A DNA stretch of 64,000 bases from an uncultured Bacilli bacterium. GTDB lineage: Bacteria > Bacillota_I > Bacilli_A > RF39 > UBA660. The notes beneath the pieces were generated by a model. That model worked only from the letters and a program-made list of their open reading frames with translations, was not told the origin of the DNA and made no database searches. Where the stretch lies: contig OZ007022.1 of NCBI GenBank assembly GCA_963931515.1, forward strand, positions 589,747 through 653,746, given 5' to 3'. Made by a program: the position numbers and the translations under genes. Each line of letters begins with the position of its first letter. Position 1 is the stretch's first letter. Of this stretch, positions 19,001 to 28,775 are shown in pieces.

Positions 19001-20136
19001 AAGTAAAAACTTTTGAGGTTGGTAATGAATATTCAATGATTAATATAAATGTTACTAAGGTTTGGAATGATAATGACTATGAAAATAGACCTGATTCAAT
19101 TACAGTTTATTTAAAACGCAATAATGATTATGTTTATGAAAATGGTCAAAAGAAATCAGTTACTTTGAGTAGTAGTAATAATTGGCAAGCTTCTTTTGAA
19201 AGATTAGCTAAATATGATGAAAATCATAATCGTTATGATTATACTATAGAGGAAGCGGTACCAGAACATTATAATGAAGAGTATAGTAGTGAAAGTACAG
19301 TTGATGATAAAAACTACACTATTACTAATACCCTTGAAGATAGTAATTTGACTATTAGTAAGGTTGTAGCTGGTAATGCTGGTGAGACTGATAGATACTT
19401 TACTTTTAAAGTTATTTTAACAGATAAAAATGGCAATCCTTTAGAAGAGTCTTTCCATTATACTGGTTCTAAAGAGGGCTTTATAAAATCTGGTGATACT
19501 ATTAAGTTAAAACATGGTGAATCGATTACGATTAATGGACTTCCTTACGGAACTTTATATGAAGTTACAGAGTTAGAGGCTAATAGTGACAGATATGAAA
19601 CTACAGCTACTAATGATAAAGGAAAAATTACTTTTGACGAAAACAAGGTAGTATTTACGAATACGAAAAATGAAGGAAGTTTAACTATCGATAAAACTGT
19701 TGGTGGTAATAGTGGTGAGACTGATAGATACTTTAATTTTAAAGTTATATTATACGATGAAAATGGTGAAGTTTTAGAAGGTGAATATAAATACATTGGA
19801 AGTAAAACTGGCACTATTAAATCTGGTGATATAATTAAATTAAAACATGGTGAGTCTATTACGATTATTGGTTTACCAGTAGGAGCAAGCTATAAAGTTA
19901 CCGAACTTGAAGCAGATAGTGATGGTTATAAGACATCAGTTACTAATGATGGTGGAGTTATTGGCTTAGAAGGAAATGTTAGTTCATTTATGAATTACAA
20001 AGATGTGTTTGAAAAACCATATCAGAAAGCTAATATTCCACAAACTGGTGGTAGTGATAATACGTCACTTTATGGAATTTTAACTATAGCTTTTGGAATG
20101 CTCAGTGTTTATTTATTAAAAAGAAAACATGCTTAG
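16021..20136 (+). CDS. sortase-anchored surface adhesin with Cna-B-type and SpaA-like isopeptide domains
   Basis: 1371 aa. N-terminal signal peptide. A Cna-B-type domain (VTKVWNDNDYENRPDSITVYLKRN...). Two tandem roughly 110-aa modules (..GETDRYFTFKVIL...IKLKHGESITI..). A C-terminal sorting signal IPQTGG plus a hydrophobic stretch and KRKHA. A promoter (ttgaat, 16 nt spacer, tataat) and RBS gaggag lie upstream. Confidence 0.85.
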   Translation: MKVKNCLGVACLLLALCVSLFLNFGVNHDNPSLKMASNESNIALNGNQINTIFNSNQNGIQKLSTSHFVREVGNYNLADYLNENSYFTIDGTKVDEDFKDTVEYGDVIDIHLEWSLPNTTDWTTENTFSYELPAGFTFTNVQNGVIRNGAEAVGVYTISGNQVTIRYTDEEFLKLSNITGTLNVSGEITESAIGGGDGGRIDLEIPGVGTVIINVKPTSALRIHKSVEKIDTDTYEFKVEVTAITDNTNVVITDSMGQYLELITDSFKITKADSNQNVQDMTDKIKPTINGTTGFVYTIDKLNKGDVVTITYRANVLDGGFISSSTDNDLRNTARVKSDELPNEITATALVSTYKADVSKDGRYNLSDYTAVWTITVKPGEKGVTLKDVIADGQEITGDITVTESDDNGSSYHDSELTITADELQKGYTFAEDATGQKVYKITFKTKATGEQTELYNEATIYVGENHSVSDDATVGLVPGVTISKYVKSADDREGVIHWNTKVTIPNIDGKQKKVSFKDVLGDGLTLDVTTVKVNDTSINETTNPKLEYNASKTEFTIDFGNIEPGKELNISYDTTFDNSESKTFYNTSTVTVDGEGKSSTGKYEYNKKDNYIQKYLNNFSDNFSKTGIARWEIKIDRLPKDVKDTYVTDTIPDGMEYVEGSAKLVLNYNPYTTYKLEPKLEDGKLIFDLDDYIDELSANSAGASIFYDSRLTDIFADQKTYTNKANITINDYTYPDVEASITGKVTQLLDKTAVYNTYTAPEVEYTIKVNEGKADIVKDSDTLVLDDEMGSALEFIRGSLKINGEAADPDSYEWNQETHMLTLHVPDSESLIITYKARVTLSAGEELNEDNAFNKVNLFVYDENSAESKWILKGEVLESSATSSGNSQMIYVYKYKDGDKNTPLADVEFNLYELGFTGSGNTFELTGEENLVSTLKTKDDGYASYSGINYDSVYKLVESKTVDGYILDTTVYYFVYPGNDGIEYPDSIEQYYQVKTFEVGNEYSMININVTKVWNDNDYENRPDSITVYLKRNNDYVYENGQKKSVTLSSSNNWQASFERLAKYDENHNRYDYTIEEAVPEHYNEEYSSESTVDDKNYTITNTLEDSNLTISKVVAGNAGETDRYFTFKVILTDKNGNPLEESFHYTGSKEGFIKSGDTIKLKHGESITINGLPYGTLYEVTELEANSDRYETTATNDKGKITFDENKVVFTNTKNEGSLTIDKTVGGNSGETDRYFNFKVILYDENGEVLEGEYKYIGSKTGTIKSGDIIKLKHGESITIIGLPVGASYKVTELEADSDGYKTSVTNDGGVIGLEGNVSSFMNYKDVFEKPYQKANIPQTGGSDNTSLYGILTIAFGMLSVYLLKRKHA

Positions 20137-20803
20137 AAAAGTACCTGTAATATTATGTTTAGTTATTTGTCTAATATTTTTAAGTTTATTTACTTGGGAG
20201 TCTTTAGACAAGAAAGAAGGGGAGACATTTTATAGAAATGTGCTCCCCTCAACTAATATAAAGGATATAAATAAATTAGAAAATGAGTATGAAGGAGCTA
20301 CTGGTTATATTGATATTCCTAATACAAGCATTAGTTATCCAATTATGCAAGGTGAGGATAATTCATATTATTTAAAACATTTACCAAATGGTGATAGAAA
20401 TAAAATGGGATCTATATTTTTAGATTACCGAAACAATGGGTTTAATGATAAGAATACGATTATATATGGTCATAATTTTAATAACGGTACAATGTTTAGT
20501 GATTTACTTAATTATAAGTCTTTTGAATTTTATAAGAATCATTCAAATTATAAGATTTATACTAGTGATAAAGTAATTGAGGTTGCTATTTTTGCTGTTT
20601 ATATAGCGGATGCTACTAAGGATGAGTTACCAATTAATTTTGAGTCTACTGATTTTGAAGATTATTTAGATATGGTATTGGAAAGTAATTTGATAAATAG
20701 TGAAGTTAGTATTGATAGTGAAGATAATTTAATTACTTTATGTACGTGTAGTAATGGTTCTTGGAAAAATAGACTAATAGTTAGTGGTAAAGTTTTAAAT
20801 TAA
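20129..20803 (+). CDS. sortase (class B/C-like) dedicated to the upstream adhesin
   Basis: 224 aa. N-terminal TM anchor, catalytic His (IIYGHNF), TLCTC active-site Cys motif, and a conserved Arg near the C-terminus. Its start overlaps the adhesin stop. Confidence 0.8.
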   Translation: MLRKVPVILCLVICLIFLSLFTWESLDKKEGETFYRNVLPSTNIKDINKLENEYEGATGYIDIPNTSISYPIMQGEDNSYYLKHLPNGDRNKMGSIFLDYRNNGFNDKNTIIYGHNFNNGTMFSDLLNYKSFEFYKNHSNYKIYTSDKVIEVAIFAVYIADATKDELPINFESTDFEDYLDMVLESNLINSEVSIDSEDNLITLCTCSNGSWKNRLIVSGKVLN

Positions 20804-20810
20804 AAAGGAA

Positions 20811-21764
20811 TTAGTTTTTTGCTAATTCCTTTATTCTTTCAGTATTTTTAAAGTTTGTTTTGGCAATTTCATTTAATATGTTTTCACTATATTTTTTGAC
20901 TAGTTTAGCTCCAATTTCATCAACTATAGGTCCAGCACCTTTTGGTAAGTTTTGATTATATTTTTTAGATAGTTTATCGAATTCTTTGATGAAAATATAT
21001 CTACTGATGATGGCTGAACAAGCAACTGATAGACATTGATCTTCAGCTTTAGTAATAAATGTAATGTTTCTTTGAATGTTTGGTGTTTGTTTTAAATAAT
21101 TATAATATACATATTTTTCAGCAAATTGGTCGACAACAATATAATCGTAGTTTGGATATTTTTTAGTCATTTCTAATAGTGCTTTATTATGTAATATGGC
21201 TTTCATAGCATTCATATTATAAGTTGTATGTTTTTCATTATATTCTTTATTTGATAAGGTCATGGTGTAATAAGGTATTTTTTTTATAATTTGTGGAGTT
21301 ATTTTTAAAATTTGTTCATCAGTTAATTTTTTAGAATCTTTGACTCCTAAATTTTCTAAGAATGGTATGTTTTCTTTAGTGACATAAGAAGCGGTAACAA
21401 CGATTGGTCCAAAAAAGTCACCAGTTCCAACTTCGTCTGAACCAATGGTGTTTGCATAGTAGACTTTAGAATTTTTTTTGGTTTCTTTCTTTTTTTCTCC
21501 GGCTATTTTCATGTCAACCTTTTTATCAGGATTTAAGTTTTTTTCCATTTGTGACCATAGATTTGCATCAATATCGGCACTTATACCTTGAAAGACTACT
21601 TTACCTGATTGATATAAAGTGACAACTGTGTCTGCTTCATCAGCTTGAAAAACAGCATATGGTGGAGTTTTTAAACGTTTTTTATCTTCGAAATATTCGT
21701 TCATTTTATTCATGGTATTTTCACTAACTTTTAAAGTTATTGTTTTAACTGGTTCTTTTTTCAT
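20811..21764 (-). CDS. rnhC: ribonuclease HIII
   Basis: 317 aa. N-terminal TBP-like domain plus an RNase HII/HIII catalytic domain (IGSDEVGTGDFFGPIVV). Confidence 0.85.
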   Translation of the reverse strand: MKKEPVKTITLKVSENTMNKMNEYFEDKKRLKTPPYAVFQADEADTVVTLYQSGKVVFQGISADIDANLWSQMEKNLNPDKKVDMKIAGEKKKETKKNSKVYYANTIGSDEVGTGDFFGPIVVTASYVTKENIPFLENLGVKDSKKLTDEQILKITPQIIKKIPYYTMTLSNKEYNEKHTTYNMNAMKAILHNKALLEMTKKYPNYDYIVVDQFAEKYVYYNYLKQTPNIQRNITFITKAEDQCLSVACSAIISRYIFIKEFDKLSKKYNQNLPKGAGPIVDEIGAKLVKKYSENILNEIAKTNFKNTERIKELAKN

Positions 21765-21866
21765 CTAATCACCTGTAAATATTTTATCATATTTCTTGTA
21801 TTATCACAATAAAGGCTTTACTTTTTGAAATTAAATGTAATATAATTATGTTAAAGGAGAATAGAT

Positions 21867-22586
21867 ATGAATATTACAGATATTTTAATTATTATTTTTA
21901 TTTTGCTTGGAGCTTTTGTAGGGGCTAAACAAGGATTTACCAAAGCTCTTGTTAGTTTTTTGGGAATTATTATAGTTGTAGTTCTTGCTTATTTTTTGAA
22001 AAATCCAGTTAGTGAGCTTTTAATGAGTTTTTGTCCTTTCTTTAGTTTTGGTGGTATAATTAAAGGGGTAACTGTTTTAAATATTGCAGTGTATGAAGTT
22101 ATTGCTTTTATAGTTGTATTTTTCATTTTAATGGCAATTTTAAATGCGTTATTATTTGCGACTGGAATTTTTGAAACCATTTTAAAATTTACAATTATTT
22201 TAGGAGTTCCTTCAACGATATTAGGGGCGATTATTGGAGCTATTAAGAATTATGTTATTGTATTTTTTGTTTTATATTTGCTTTCGATGCCAAATTTTGT
22301 CGATGTTGATTTTGTCAAGAATTCGACTTATCGTGAGCCAATATTAAAAAATACGCCGCTTCTTTCAAATATTGCGGGTACTTCACTTGAGGTTTTAGAT
22401 GAATTTAAGGGTTTGGCTGATAAATACACAGATAGTACAGATACAAATTCTTATAATTTAGAGACGTTAGATGTATTTTTGAAATATAAAATAGTTACTG
22501 TAGATACAGTTAAAAAGTTGAGTGATAGTGGTAAAATAAAAATTGATGGTATTGAAACCGTTTTAAGTAAGTATGAGGAGGAATAG
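21867..22586 (+). CDS. cvpA: CvpA-family membrane protein
   Basis: 239 aa polytopic membrane protein. The rnhC/cvpA neighbourhood is conserved in Firmicutes. Confidence 0.6.
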   Translation: MNITDILIIIFILLGAFVGAKQGFTKALVSFLGIIIVVVLAYFLKNPVSELLMSFCPFFSFGGIIKGVTVLNIAVYEVIAFIVVFFILMAILNALLFATGIFETILKFTIILGVPSTILGAIIGAIKNYVIVFFVLYLLSMPNFVDVDFVKNSTYREPILKNTPLLSNIAGTSLEVLDEFKGLADKYTDSTDTNSYNLETLDVFLKYKIVTVDTVKKLSDSGKIKIDGIETVLSKYEEE

Positions 22587-22588
22587 TT

Positions 22589-22885
22589 ATGGAAATAATT
22601 AAGGGTAATTTGGATAATTTTGATAGTGTTGCTAGTAAAGGAGATGTACTTGTAGATTTTTTTGCGACATGGTGCGGTCCTTGTAAGATGCTTTCACCAG
22701 AGCTTGAAGAAATTAAAGATAGAGTGCAGATTATGAAGGTAGACATTGATGAAAACTTAGAACTTTGTAAAAGGTTTGGAGTTATGAGTGTTCCTACACT
22801 TATCTATTTTAAAAAAGATGGTACATATACGATGCATATTGGTTATATGTCTAGTGATGAAATTTTGACTTTTATTCAGAAATAA
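22589..22885 (+). CDS. trxA: thioredoxin
   Basis: 98 aa with the WCGPCK active site. Confidence 0.9.
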   Translation: MEIIKGNLDNFDSVASKGDVLVDFFATWCGPCKMLSPELEEIKDRVQIMKVDIDENLELCKRFGVMSVPTLIYFKKDGTYTMHIGYMSSDEILTFIQK

Positions 22886-22915
22886 AACTATTAGGTGGTT
22901 TTTTCCTAATAGTTT

Positions 22916-23416
22916 TTAGTTATTTTTGACAGAAAGAATTATTTCTTTATCCATACTAATTTTATGATATTTGATATGACATTTATCAAATAAAGTACGT
23001 GATGCGATATTATTTTCTGATTTTGCATATTTATCATTTAAGTAGATGACTTCTTTAATGCCTGATTGAATGATTAATTTAGCGCATTCATTGCATGGAA
23101 ATAAATCGACATATAATTTGGCATTTTCTAAGTCTTTTTTTGAGCCACGGTAATTTAATATGGCGTTTAGTTCAGCGTGGCAGACGTATGGGTATTTAGT
23201 GTTTAGATTTTCTCCTTCGCGGTTCCATGGAAAATCATCGTCGTGAAAACCATTAGGTGCGCCATTATAACCGATTGAAAGGATTCTATTATCATCACTG
23301 ACAATGCATGCGCCAACTCTGGTTGATGGGTCTTTACTTCTTAAGGCGCTTAATTCAGTGATAGCCATAAAATATTCGTCCCAAGTTAAATAATCTTCTC
23401 TTTTTTTTGAATTCAT
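22916..23416 (-). CDS. dCMP deaminase (ComEB-like cytidine/deoxycytidylate deaminase)
   Basis: 166 aa. Zinc-binding HAE and PCxxC motifs ([17 protein letters not shown]). Confidence 0.85.
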   Translation of the reverse strand: MNSKKREDYLTWDEYFMAITELSALRSKDPSTRVGACIVSDDNRILSIGYNGAPNGFHDDDFPWNREGENLNTKYPYVCHAELNAILNYRGSKKDLENAKLYVDLFPCNECAKLIIQSGIKEVIYLNDKYAKSENNIASRTLFDKCHIKYHKISMDKEIILSVKNN

Positions 23417-23886
23417 TTTATCACCTCTTGAATTATTGTATCATATTTTTATTAGATTGAATTAAAAAGAAAATTCCCGTAAAATTATAAAAGAACATTT
23501 AAAAGAGTAAAATCCCAAAATGAAAAGGATTTTTTAGGAAAAAATTGTAAAAATCAAAAAAATATGATAATATATAGAACATTAAATGAAATTATTGCAT
23601 GCAAAAAAGTGTACGACCTTTAGTCTTTTCGCGACTAAGTTCCCGCACATGAGTCAATATGATTGGCTTGTTTGCCAACGAATAAGCGGATTATAAAATC
23701 TGCCCATTCGTTGATAGTTAAATATTTTCATTTAAAATATCAATTATAAATTTGAGTTGTTGTATTGCAACTTGAGAAGATGATTCAGTAGAAGATTCAT
23801 CTGTTAATTCATTTAAAATATCTTGAAGAAAATATATTAAATCTTGAATATTAAAAGTACCTAATAATGAATCTGAGTAGATAATA

Positions 23887-25116
23887 TTATTTTTCATTAT
23901 TGACTCCTAATATTGCTTTTTTGGTTAAACATACATCATCAGGAGAGATGTATGAACAGTTCAAAGATTTAATTAATTCAGGATATTTTTTTAATGTAAG
24001 TTCATAAGGTGTTTTGCCATCTAATGAATCTCTAGGAATATTATTGATAGTGTCTTCTAATCTTTGAATTTGTTCAGTAGTCATATCATCAAAAGATGTT
24101 CCTTTAGGAAAAATATCTCTTATATATTTGTGATTTTTTTCAATAGTACCTTTTTGCCAAGAAGAGTAAGGTTTACAATAGAAAACATTAGTTTTTTTAA
24201 CCCCAGTTTCATAATCGTATTCGATGTGTAATGGATCAAAAAACTCAGAGCCATTATCTGTCAGTACAATTCTAAAAACTTTAGAATATAGTTTAATACT
24301 AAGTTTACTTTTAAATAAATCAAATTGATAATTAACAGATTGAACATTTTTCTTATCAAGTAATCTAATAAACATGAATTTAGTATCTTTTATAATAATA
24401 GTAAGGAGTACTTTTATACTTTCTTTATTGCCTTCAACAGTATCCATTTCACATATATTCATATTAGGGTGTTTTAAAACAAAATTGAGATAATCATTAT
24501 AAGTACGACCTTTTAATAAAGCTAATTTTCTTTTGTATTGTTTTTCTTCTAATTCATCTTTCTTTTTTCTAGGCTTGTAGCTAACCTTTTTAGGCAAATC
24601 TATATTTTTGAGTGAAAAAACACCGATATTAACATATTTATAAAAAGTCACCTTTGAAAAATACAATATGTCAGAATGATTAGAGTATACTTGATTTACA
24701 CTTTGTTTTTGCTTTTTAATAAGTGGGACAATAGCATGTTCAATTTCATCAATAATTTCAGGAGTAATATCAATACCTTGTCTAGAAGTAACTAAAGTTT
24801 CCTCATAGTGTTTTTGAGCGACTGAAGCATTATAATATAACTTATGCTTATTACACTTGTTCTTAAAAGGACAACAATTGCACACATAAGGCTTATCCTT
24901 TAATTTAGGACATTTTTTTTCTGCTTCACTAATACCTTTAGAATCAAAAGGGTCATAGTAATAACTTTTGACATATCTGTTTCTTTTAATTTCCTTAGAT
25001 ATAGTAGTTCGATCTTTATTTATAGCTTTACCAATAGAAGTAAAGTTATACTTTTTACCAATCATATACTCGATAGTCTCTCTTTGTTCTTTTAATAATT
25101 GATTATATTTAGTCAT
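23887..25116 (-). CDS. IS30-family DDE transposase with an extra Cys-rich segment
   Basis: N-terminal HTH and DDE core (LTDNGSEF, SSWQKGTIEKNHKYIRDIFPKG). Start is probably MTKYNQ at 25116, with RBS ggaggt upstream. The ORF track extends to 25170. Confidence 0.8.
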   Translation of the reverse strand: MTKYNQLLKEQRETIEYMIGKKYNFTSIGKAINKDRTTISKEIKRNRYVKSYYYDPFDSKGISEAEKKCPKLKDKPYVCNCCPFKNKCNKHKLYYNASVAQKHYEETLVTSRQGIDITPEIIDEIEHAIVPLIKKQKQSVNQVYSNHSDILYFSKVTFYKYVNIGVFSLKNIDLPKKVSYKPRKKKDELEEKQYKRKLALLKGRTYNDYLNFVLKHPNMNICEMDTVEGNKESIKVLLTIIIKDTKFMFIRLLDKKNVQSVNYQFDLFKSKLSIKLYSKVFRIVLTDNGSEFFDPLHIEYDYETGVKKTNVFYCKPYSSWQKGTIEKNHKYIRDIFPKGTSFDDMTTEQIQRLEDTINNIPRDSLDGKTPYELTLKKYPELIKSLNCSYISPDDVCLTKKAILGVNNEK

Positions 25117-25261
25117 TTTAAAAATACCTCCAACTAGATGACAAACAAACCAATGACATATATAGTACACTTAAAATTAAAAAAAGCAAATTAATAAATA
25201 TTATAAGTAATTTAATAACAAGCAAAGGTGAACTTTGCTTGTAACATTTATTATATTATTT

Positions 25262-25320
25262 GAAAAGAGATGTCAATGGTCTAGATAAACTCACTTCGTC
25301 CGCCATTGACATCTCTTTTC
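25262..25320. repeat. perfect 18-bp inverted repeat with a 23-nt spacer
   Basis: gaaaagagatgtcaatgg ...23 nt... ccattgacatctcttttc. Lies inside the IS30 element upstream of its transposase gene and is not followed by a T-run. Confidence 0.6.
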
Positions 25321-25431
25321 ACAACTAAATTCTCGTATAAAATAAAACGGGAACTTTCTAATTTAATTAATACATATTTTTATTATTTTGAATAATATGG
25401 TTTTTCTGATATAATATTTGTTGGTGATATT

Positions 25432-25905
25432 ATGAAAAAATTATATGGTTTTACTTTAGGAACTATATTATTGGACCAAATTATAAAAAATCTATTATTG
25501 TTTTTTATGAGTTTTGGTCAGTCGATGACGGTAATTCCTGGTTTTTTTAGTATTACTTTGATTGGAAACACGGGGGCGGCGTTTAGTATTTTGAGTTCTA
25601 ATACGCTTTTGCTTATAGTTATTTCTATTATTGTTTTAAATGTAATATATTTTTGGTTTGTAAAAGGAAAAAAGTTAAGCGATTTTGAACAGGTAGCATT
25701 TGGTTTGTTAATTGGGGGAATTATAGGCAATTTAATTGATAGGATTTTGCATATGCAGGTGATTGATTATTTGGATTTTAATATTTTTGGCTATAATTTT
25801 CCGGTATTTAATTTAGCTGATATTGCAATTGTGGTTTCGATGGTTTTGATTGCTATTCAGATGATAAAAGGTGATAAAAATGAAGTATCAAGTAAAGGAA
25901 AATGA
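25432..25905 (+). CDS. lspA: lipoprotein signal peptidase II
   Basis: 157 aa. Conserved LspA motifs (FNLADIAIVV, catalytic Asp residues). A promoter (ttgaat, 16 nt spacer, tataat) lies just outside the IS30 end. Confidence 0.85.
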   Translation: MKKLYGFTLGTILLDQIIKNLLLFFMSFGQSMTVIPGFFSITLIGNTGAAFSILSSNTLLLIVISIIVLNVIYFWFVKGKKLSDFEQVAFGLLIGGIIGNLIDRILHMQVIDYLDFNIFGYNFPVFNLADIAIVVSMVLIAIQMIKGDKNEVSSKGK

Positions 25906-26755
25906 TATTAGATTAGATATATTTTTAACTGATGTTTTGGATGTTAGCCGTAGTCAAGTTACTAAGATGATTAAGGCTAATGAGATATTAGTCAATGATA
26001 AAATAGTAAAAGCTGGGTTTATGCTTAAGAATGGTGACGAGGTTACTGTTAATCATACTGAAGTAGAAGGTGTGGTTCCAGAAAAAATGGATTTAGATAT
26101 TGTTTATGAAGATGATGATGTTATTGTGGTTAATAAGGCTAATGGGGTAGTTGTACATCCTGGAGCTGGTAATCATAGTGGCACTTTAGTTAATGGGCTT
26201 TTATATCATACTAAGCTTAGTGATGTGAATGGCGATGAGAGACCTGGTATTGTACATAGAATAGATGCTTATACGACAGGTTTACTTATGGTGGCTAAAA
26301 ATAATAAAGCTCATGAGATTTTGGCTGAGGAACTTGCTTTGAAAAAAACTTATAGAAAATATGTAGCTTTAGTTTGGGGCGTTATTACTAGTGATTCTGG
26401 AGAGATAGATGCTCCGATTGGAAGGAGTAATAATGACCGTAAGAAGATGTCTATTCGAGCTGATGGTAAGGAAGCGGTTACTCATTTTAAGGTTTTGAAA
26501 AGATATGAGAAGGCAACTTTAATTGAACTTAGATTGGAAACGGGAAGAACTCATCAAATTAGGGTACATATGGATTATATTGGGCATCCAGTGGTTAATG
26601 ATCCGGTTTATGGTAATCGTAAATTATTTGATGATAGTGGACAGTGTTTACATGCAAAAGAACTTGGATTTGTTCATCCAAGGACTGGAGAATATATGCA
26701 GTTTGATAGTGAACTTCCGGAATGTTTTTTAAATATTTTAAAAAAATTTGAGTAG
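25871..26755 (+). CDS. rluD: RluA-family 23S rRNA pseudouridine synthase (RluD-like)
   Basis: 294 aa. S4 domain plus the catalytic motif HRIDAYTTGLLMVAKN. Confidence 0.85.
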   Translation: MIKMKYQVKENDIRLDIFLTDVLDVSRSQVTKMIKANEILVNDKIVKAGFMLKNGDEVTVNHTEVEGVVPEKMDLDIVYEDDDVIVVNKANGVVVHPGAGNHSGTLVNGLLYHTKLSDVNGDERPGIVHRIDAYTTGLLMVAKNNKAHEILAEELALKKTYRKYVALVWGVITSDSGEIDAPIGRSNNDRKKMSIRADGKEAVTHFKVLKRYEKATLIELRLETGRTHQIRVHMDYIGHPVVNDPVYGNRKLFDDSGQCLHAKELGFVHPRTGEYMQFDSELPECFLNILKKFE

Positions 26756-26763
26756 GTGATGAT

Positions 26764-27906
26764 ATGAACGAGATAGTAATTGATAAAAAAGAAGAACTTG
26801 TTATGAAATTATTACATTATTTTATTACTGAAAGAGGATATAATCCGGTAATAATTAGAGGGGTCAAGGATGAAATATGGCTTGAGAATTTAGAAGATGA
26901 TTATAAAATTGTCAGGATAGTTTCTGGTTATATTCATAATAATGAGCAGTTTAAGTTTGATATTTTTAAAACTAAGAGTCTGCTTAAGACAATAAAAAAG
27001 AAAACATTATCATTTAAAATTAATGCTTTAAGTATTTTTGTTAATTTGGGGGATAATGTTGATATATCAGAGTTTGATAATACACCAAATATCAAGTTTG
27101 CAAATATTCATGAGGCATCTGATTTGGATAAGTATCGTTTTGTTACCTCCGCTTTTCCTGATATTACTAAGGATATGGATTTTAAGGAAAAGGGTTTGGA
27201 ATTATTTATGAAGATTACTAGTGATATCAATAAGAAAAATGAGGGTGATGCGAAGATGAACGAGGATGTGTTTAGACCTAAGAAACCGGTTATTACTTAT
27301 GCTTTGATTATTATTAATGTGTTGGTATTTATATTATCGGTATTTAATGATAGTATTTTACCGATGTTTGCAGTTAATAGGGAACTTATTGTTAATTTTG
27401 GACAATATTATAGATTAATTACTGGTATGTTTTTACATGGTAGTATTTTGCATTTGCTATTTAATATGTACGCATTATATATAATTGGAATGCAACTCGA
27501 GAGTTTTCTTGGTAAGGCTAAATATTTAATTGTTTATTTACTTTCTGGAATAGGGGCTTCAATGTTATCAATTTTCTTTAGTAATAGTTTTAGTGTTGGA
27601 GCTTCAGGTGCAATATTTGGTTTGATGGGTGCTTTGCTTTATTTTGGATATCATTATCGTGTTTATTTGGATAGTGTGGTTAAGTCGCAGATTATTCCTT
27701 TGATTGTGCTTAATTTGATTTTAGGTTTTACTTTATCTGGTATTGATAACTGGGCACATATTGGAGGTTTAGTTAGTGGAATTTTAGCAACTATGGCGGT
27801 TGGTGTTAAATATAAATCAACGAAGTTTGAAATGATTAATGGAATTATTTTGTACTTGATATATATTGTATTTATTGGATATATGGTTTTTGTGCGTGGT
27901 GTTTAA
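26764..27906 (+). CDS. rhomboid-family intramembrane serine protease with an N-terminal cytoplasmic domain
   Basis: 380 aa. GASGAIFGLMGA (catalytic Ser) and a downstream catalytic His in a TM helix (AHIGG). Confidence 0.8.
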   Translation: MNEIVIDKKEELVMKLLHYFITERGYNPVIIRGVKDEIWLENLEDDYKIVRIVSGYIHNNEQFKFDIFKTKSLLKTIKKKTLSFKINALSIFVNLGDNVDISEFDNTPNIKFANIHEASDLDKYRFVTSAFPDITKDMDFKEKGLELFMKITSDINKKNEGDAKMNEDVFRPKKPVITYALIIINVLVFILSVFNDSILPMFAVNRELIVNFGQYYRLITGMFLHGSILHLLFNMYALYIIGMQLESFLGKAKYLIVYLLSGIGASMLSIFFSNSFSVGASGAIFGLMGALLYFGYHYRVYLDSVVKSQIIPLIVLNLILGFTLSGIDNWAHIGGLVSGILATMAVGVKYKSTKFEMINGIILYLIYIVFIGYMVFVRGV

Positions 27907-27920
27907 AAAATCTAATGAAT

Positions 27921-28775
27921 TTAATTTTCATTAGATTTTATTTTTTTTGTAAATATTTTGCATTCTTGTTCTGCTTTTTCAAATGGTTTTTTAATTTCAT
28001 AGATGATGGCTTGATGTTGATTTTTGGATAGGGTTAAATGTGGGCTTACTGTTTTTTCTTCTTGCATTATTTCTGATTGATTGTTAGTAAATTCATTATT
28101 TTTTTTATTAGTGATTTTATTTTCTTTTTCTATTTGGTGAGTATTTTGATTTGCAGTATTAGTTTCATTGAATTCTACTTGCTTTTTATATTTATCAGCA
28201 TATTCTTTGATATTTATGGCTTGCAAGGGGATAGTTCCAAGACTTAGGGCGGTACTTATGGCAAGTAATGTTTCATTTGTAATACCAGCAATATTTAAGT
28301 TTTGAATGGCTAGGGCTAGATAGCCTAATATTAGGGCAATAGATAGAGGCCATATTTTAACTTTCCCTAGAAAGTTACTTTTAGGCTGTCCGCCAGCGGC
28401 TAATAATTTACCGTTGATGAAGGCAATTACACCTTCTAATGCACCGTTAGCTGCGAATATTGGCAGGATTGGTAAGATGCCGATTATTAAAACTATTGAA
28501 AATATTTTATCAGAAATGGCGTCTAACATTGCTCCTTCTTTTGTTTCTTCTTTGGCTATTACTCTAGCGGTTAGTCCATCTAAAAAATCAGATAGTGCTA
28601 GAAAAGTGATGTTTCCAAATAATAGTGGTAGGGGAGTGCCTGTATATGCCATAACTGGTATGGCTATTCCGCCAATTACTCTTGAGAATGAAAGCCAATT
28701 TGGAATTAGTGATAGTTTATTATCAGGATTAAATAATCCTTTAGCAAATGTTTTTATGGTACTTTTTATTGTGTC
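27921..28775 (-). CDS. CDP-alcohol phosphatidyltransferase (PgsA-like) with a low-complexity N/K/Q-rich C-terminal tail
   Basis: DFLDGLTARV...GAMLDAISDKIF matches the D-G-x2-A-R-x8-G-x3-D-x3-D motif. Probable start is MDTIKS at 28775, and the ORF track extends to 28847. Confidence 0.75.
   Translation of the reverse strand, partial: DTIKSTIKTFAKGLFNPDNKLSLIPNWLSFSRVIGGIAIPVMAYTGTPLPLLFGNITFLALSDFLDGLTARVIAKEETKEGAMLDAISDKIFSIVLIIGILPILPIFAANGALEGVIAFINGKLLAAGGQPKSNFLGKVKIWPLSIALILGYLALAIQNLNIAGITNETLLAISTALSLGTIPLQAINIKEYADKYKKQVEFNETNTANQNTHQIEKENKITNKKNNEFTNNQSEIMQEEKTVSPHLTLSKNQHQAIIYEIKKPFEKAEQECKIFTKKIKSNEN

Larger units (their letters stand above)
23460..25369 (-). mobile_element. IS30-family insertion sequence
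   Basis: Imperfect terminal inverted repeats: ttaaaaagaaaattcccgtaaaatt at 23462 versus the reverse complement ttaaattagaaagttcccgttttatt ending near 25368. Carries an IS30 DDE transposase. Inserted between the dCMP deaminase gene and lspA. Confidence 0.55.

Noticed and set aside
25262-25320. The 18-bp perfect palindrome as a rho-independent terminator
   Set aside because: There is no downstream T-run on either strand. It lies within the IS30 element between the IR and the transposase start, so a regulatory or binding site is more likely.
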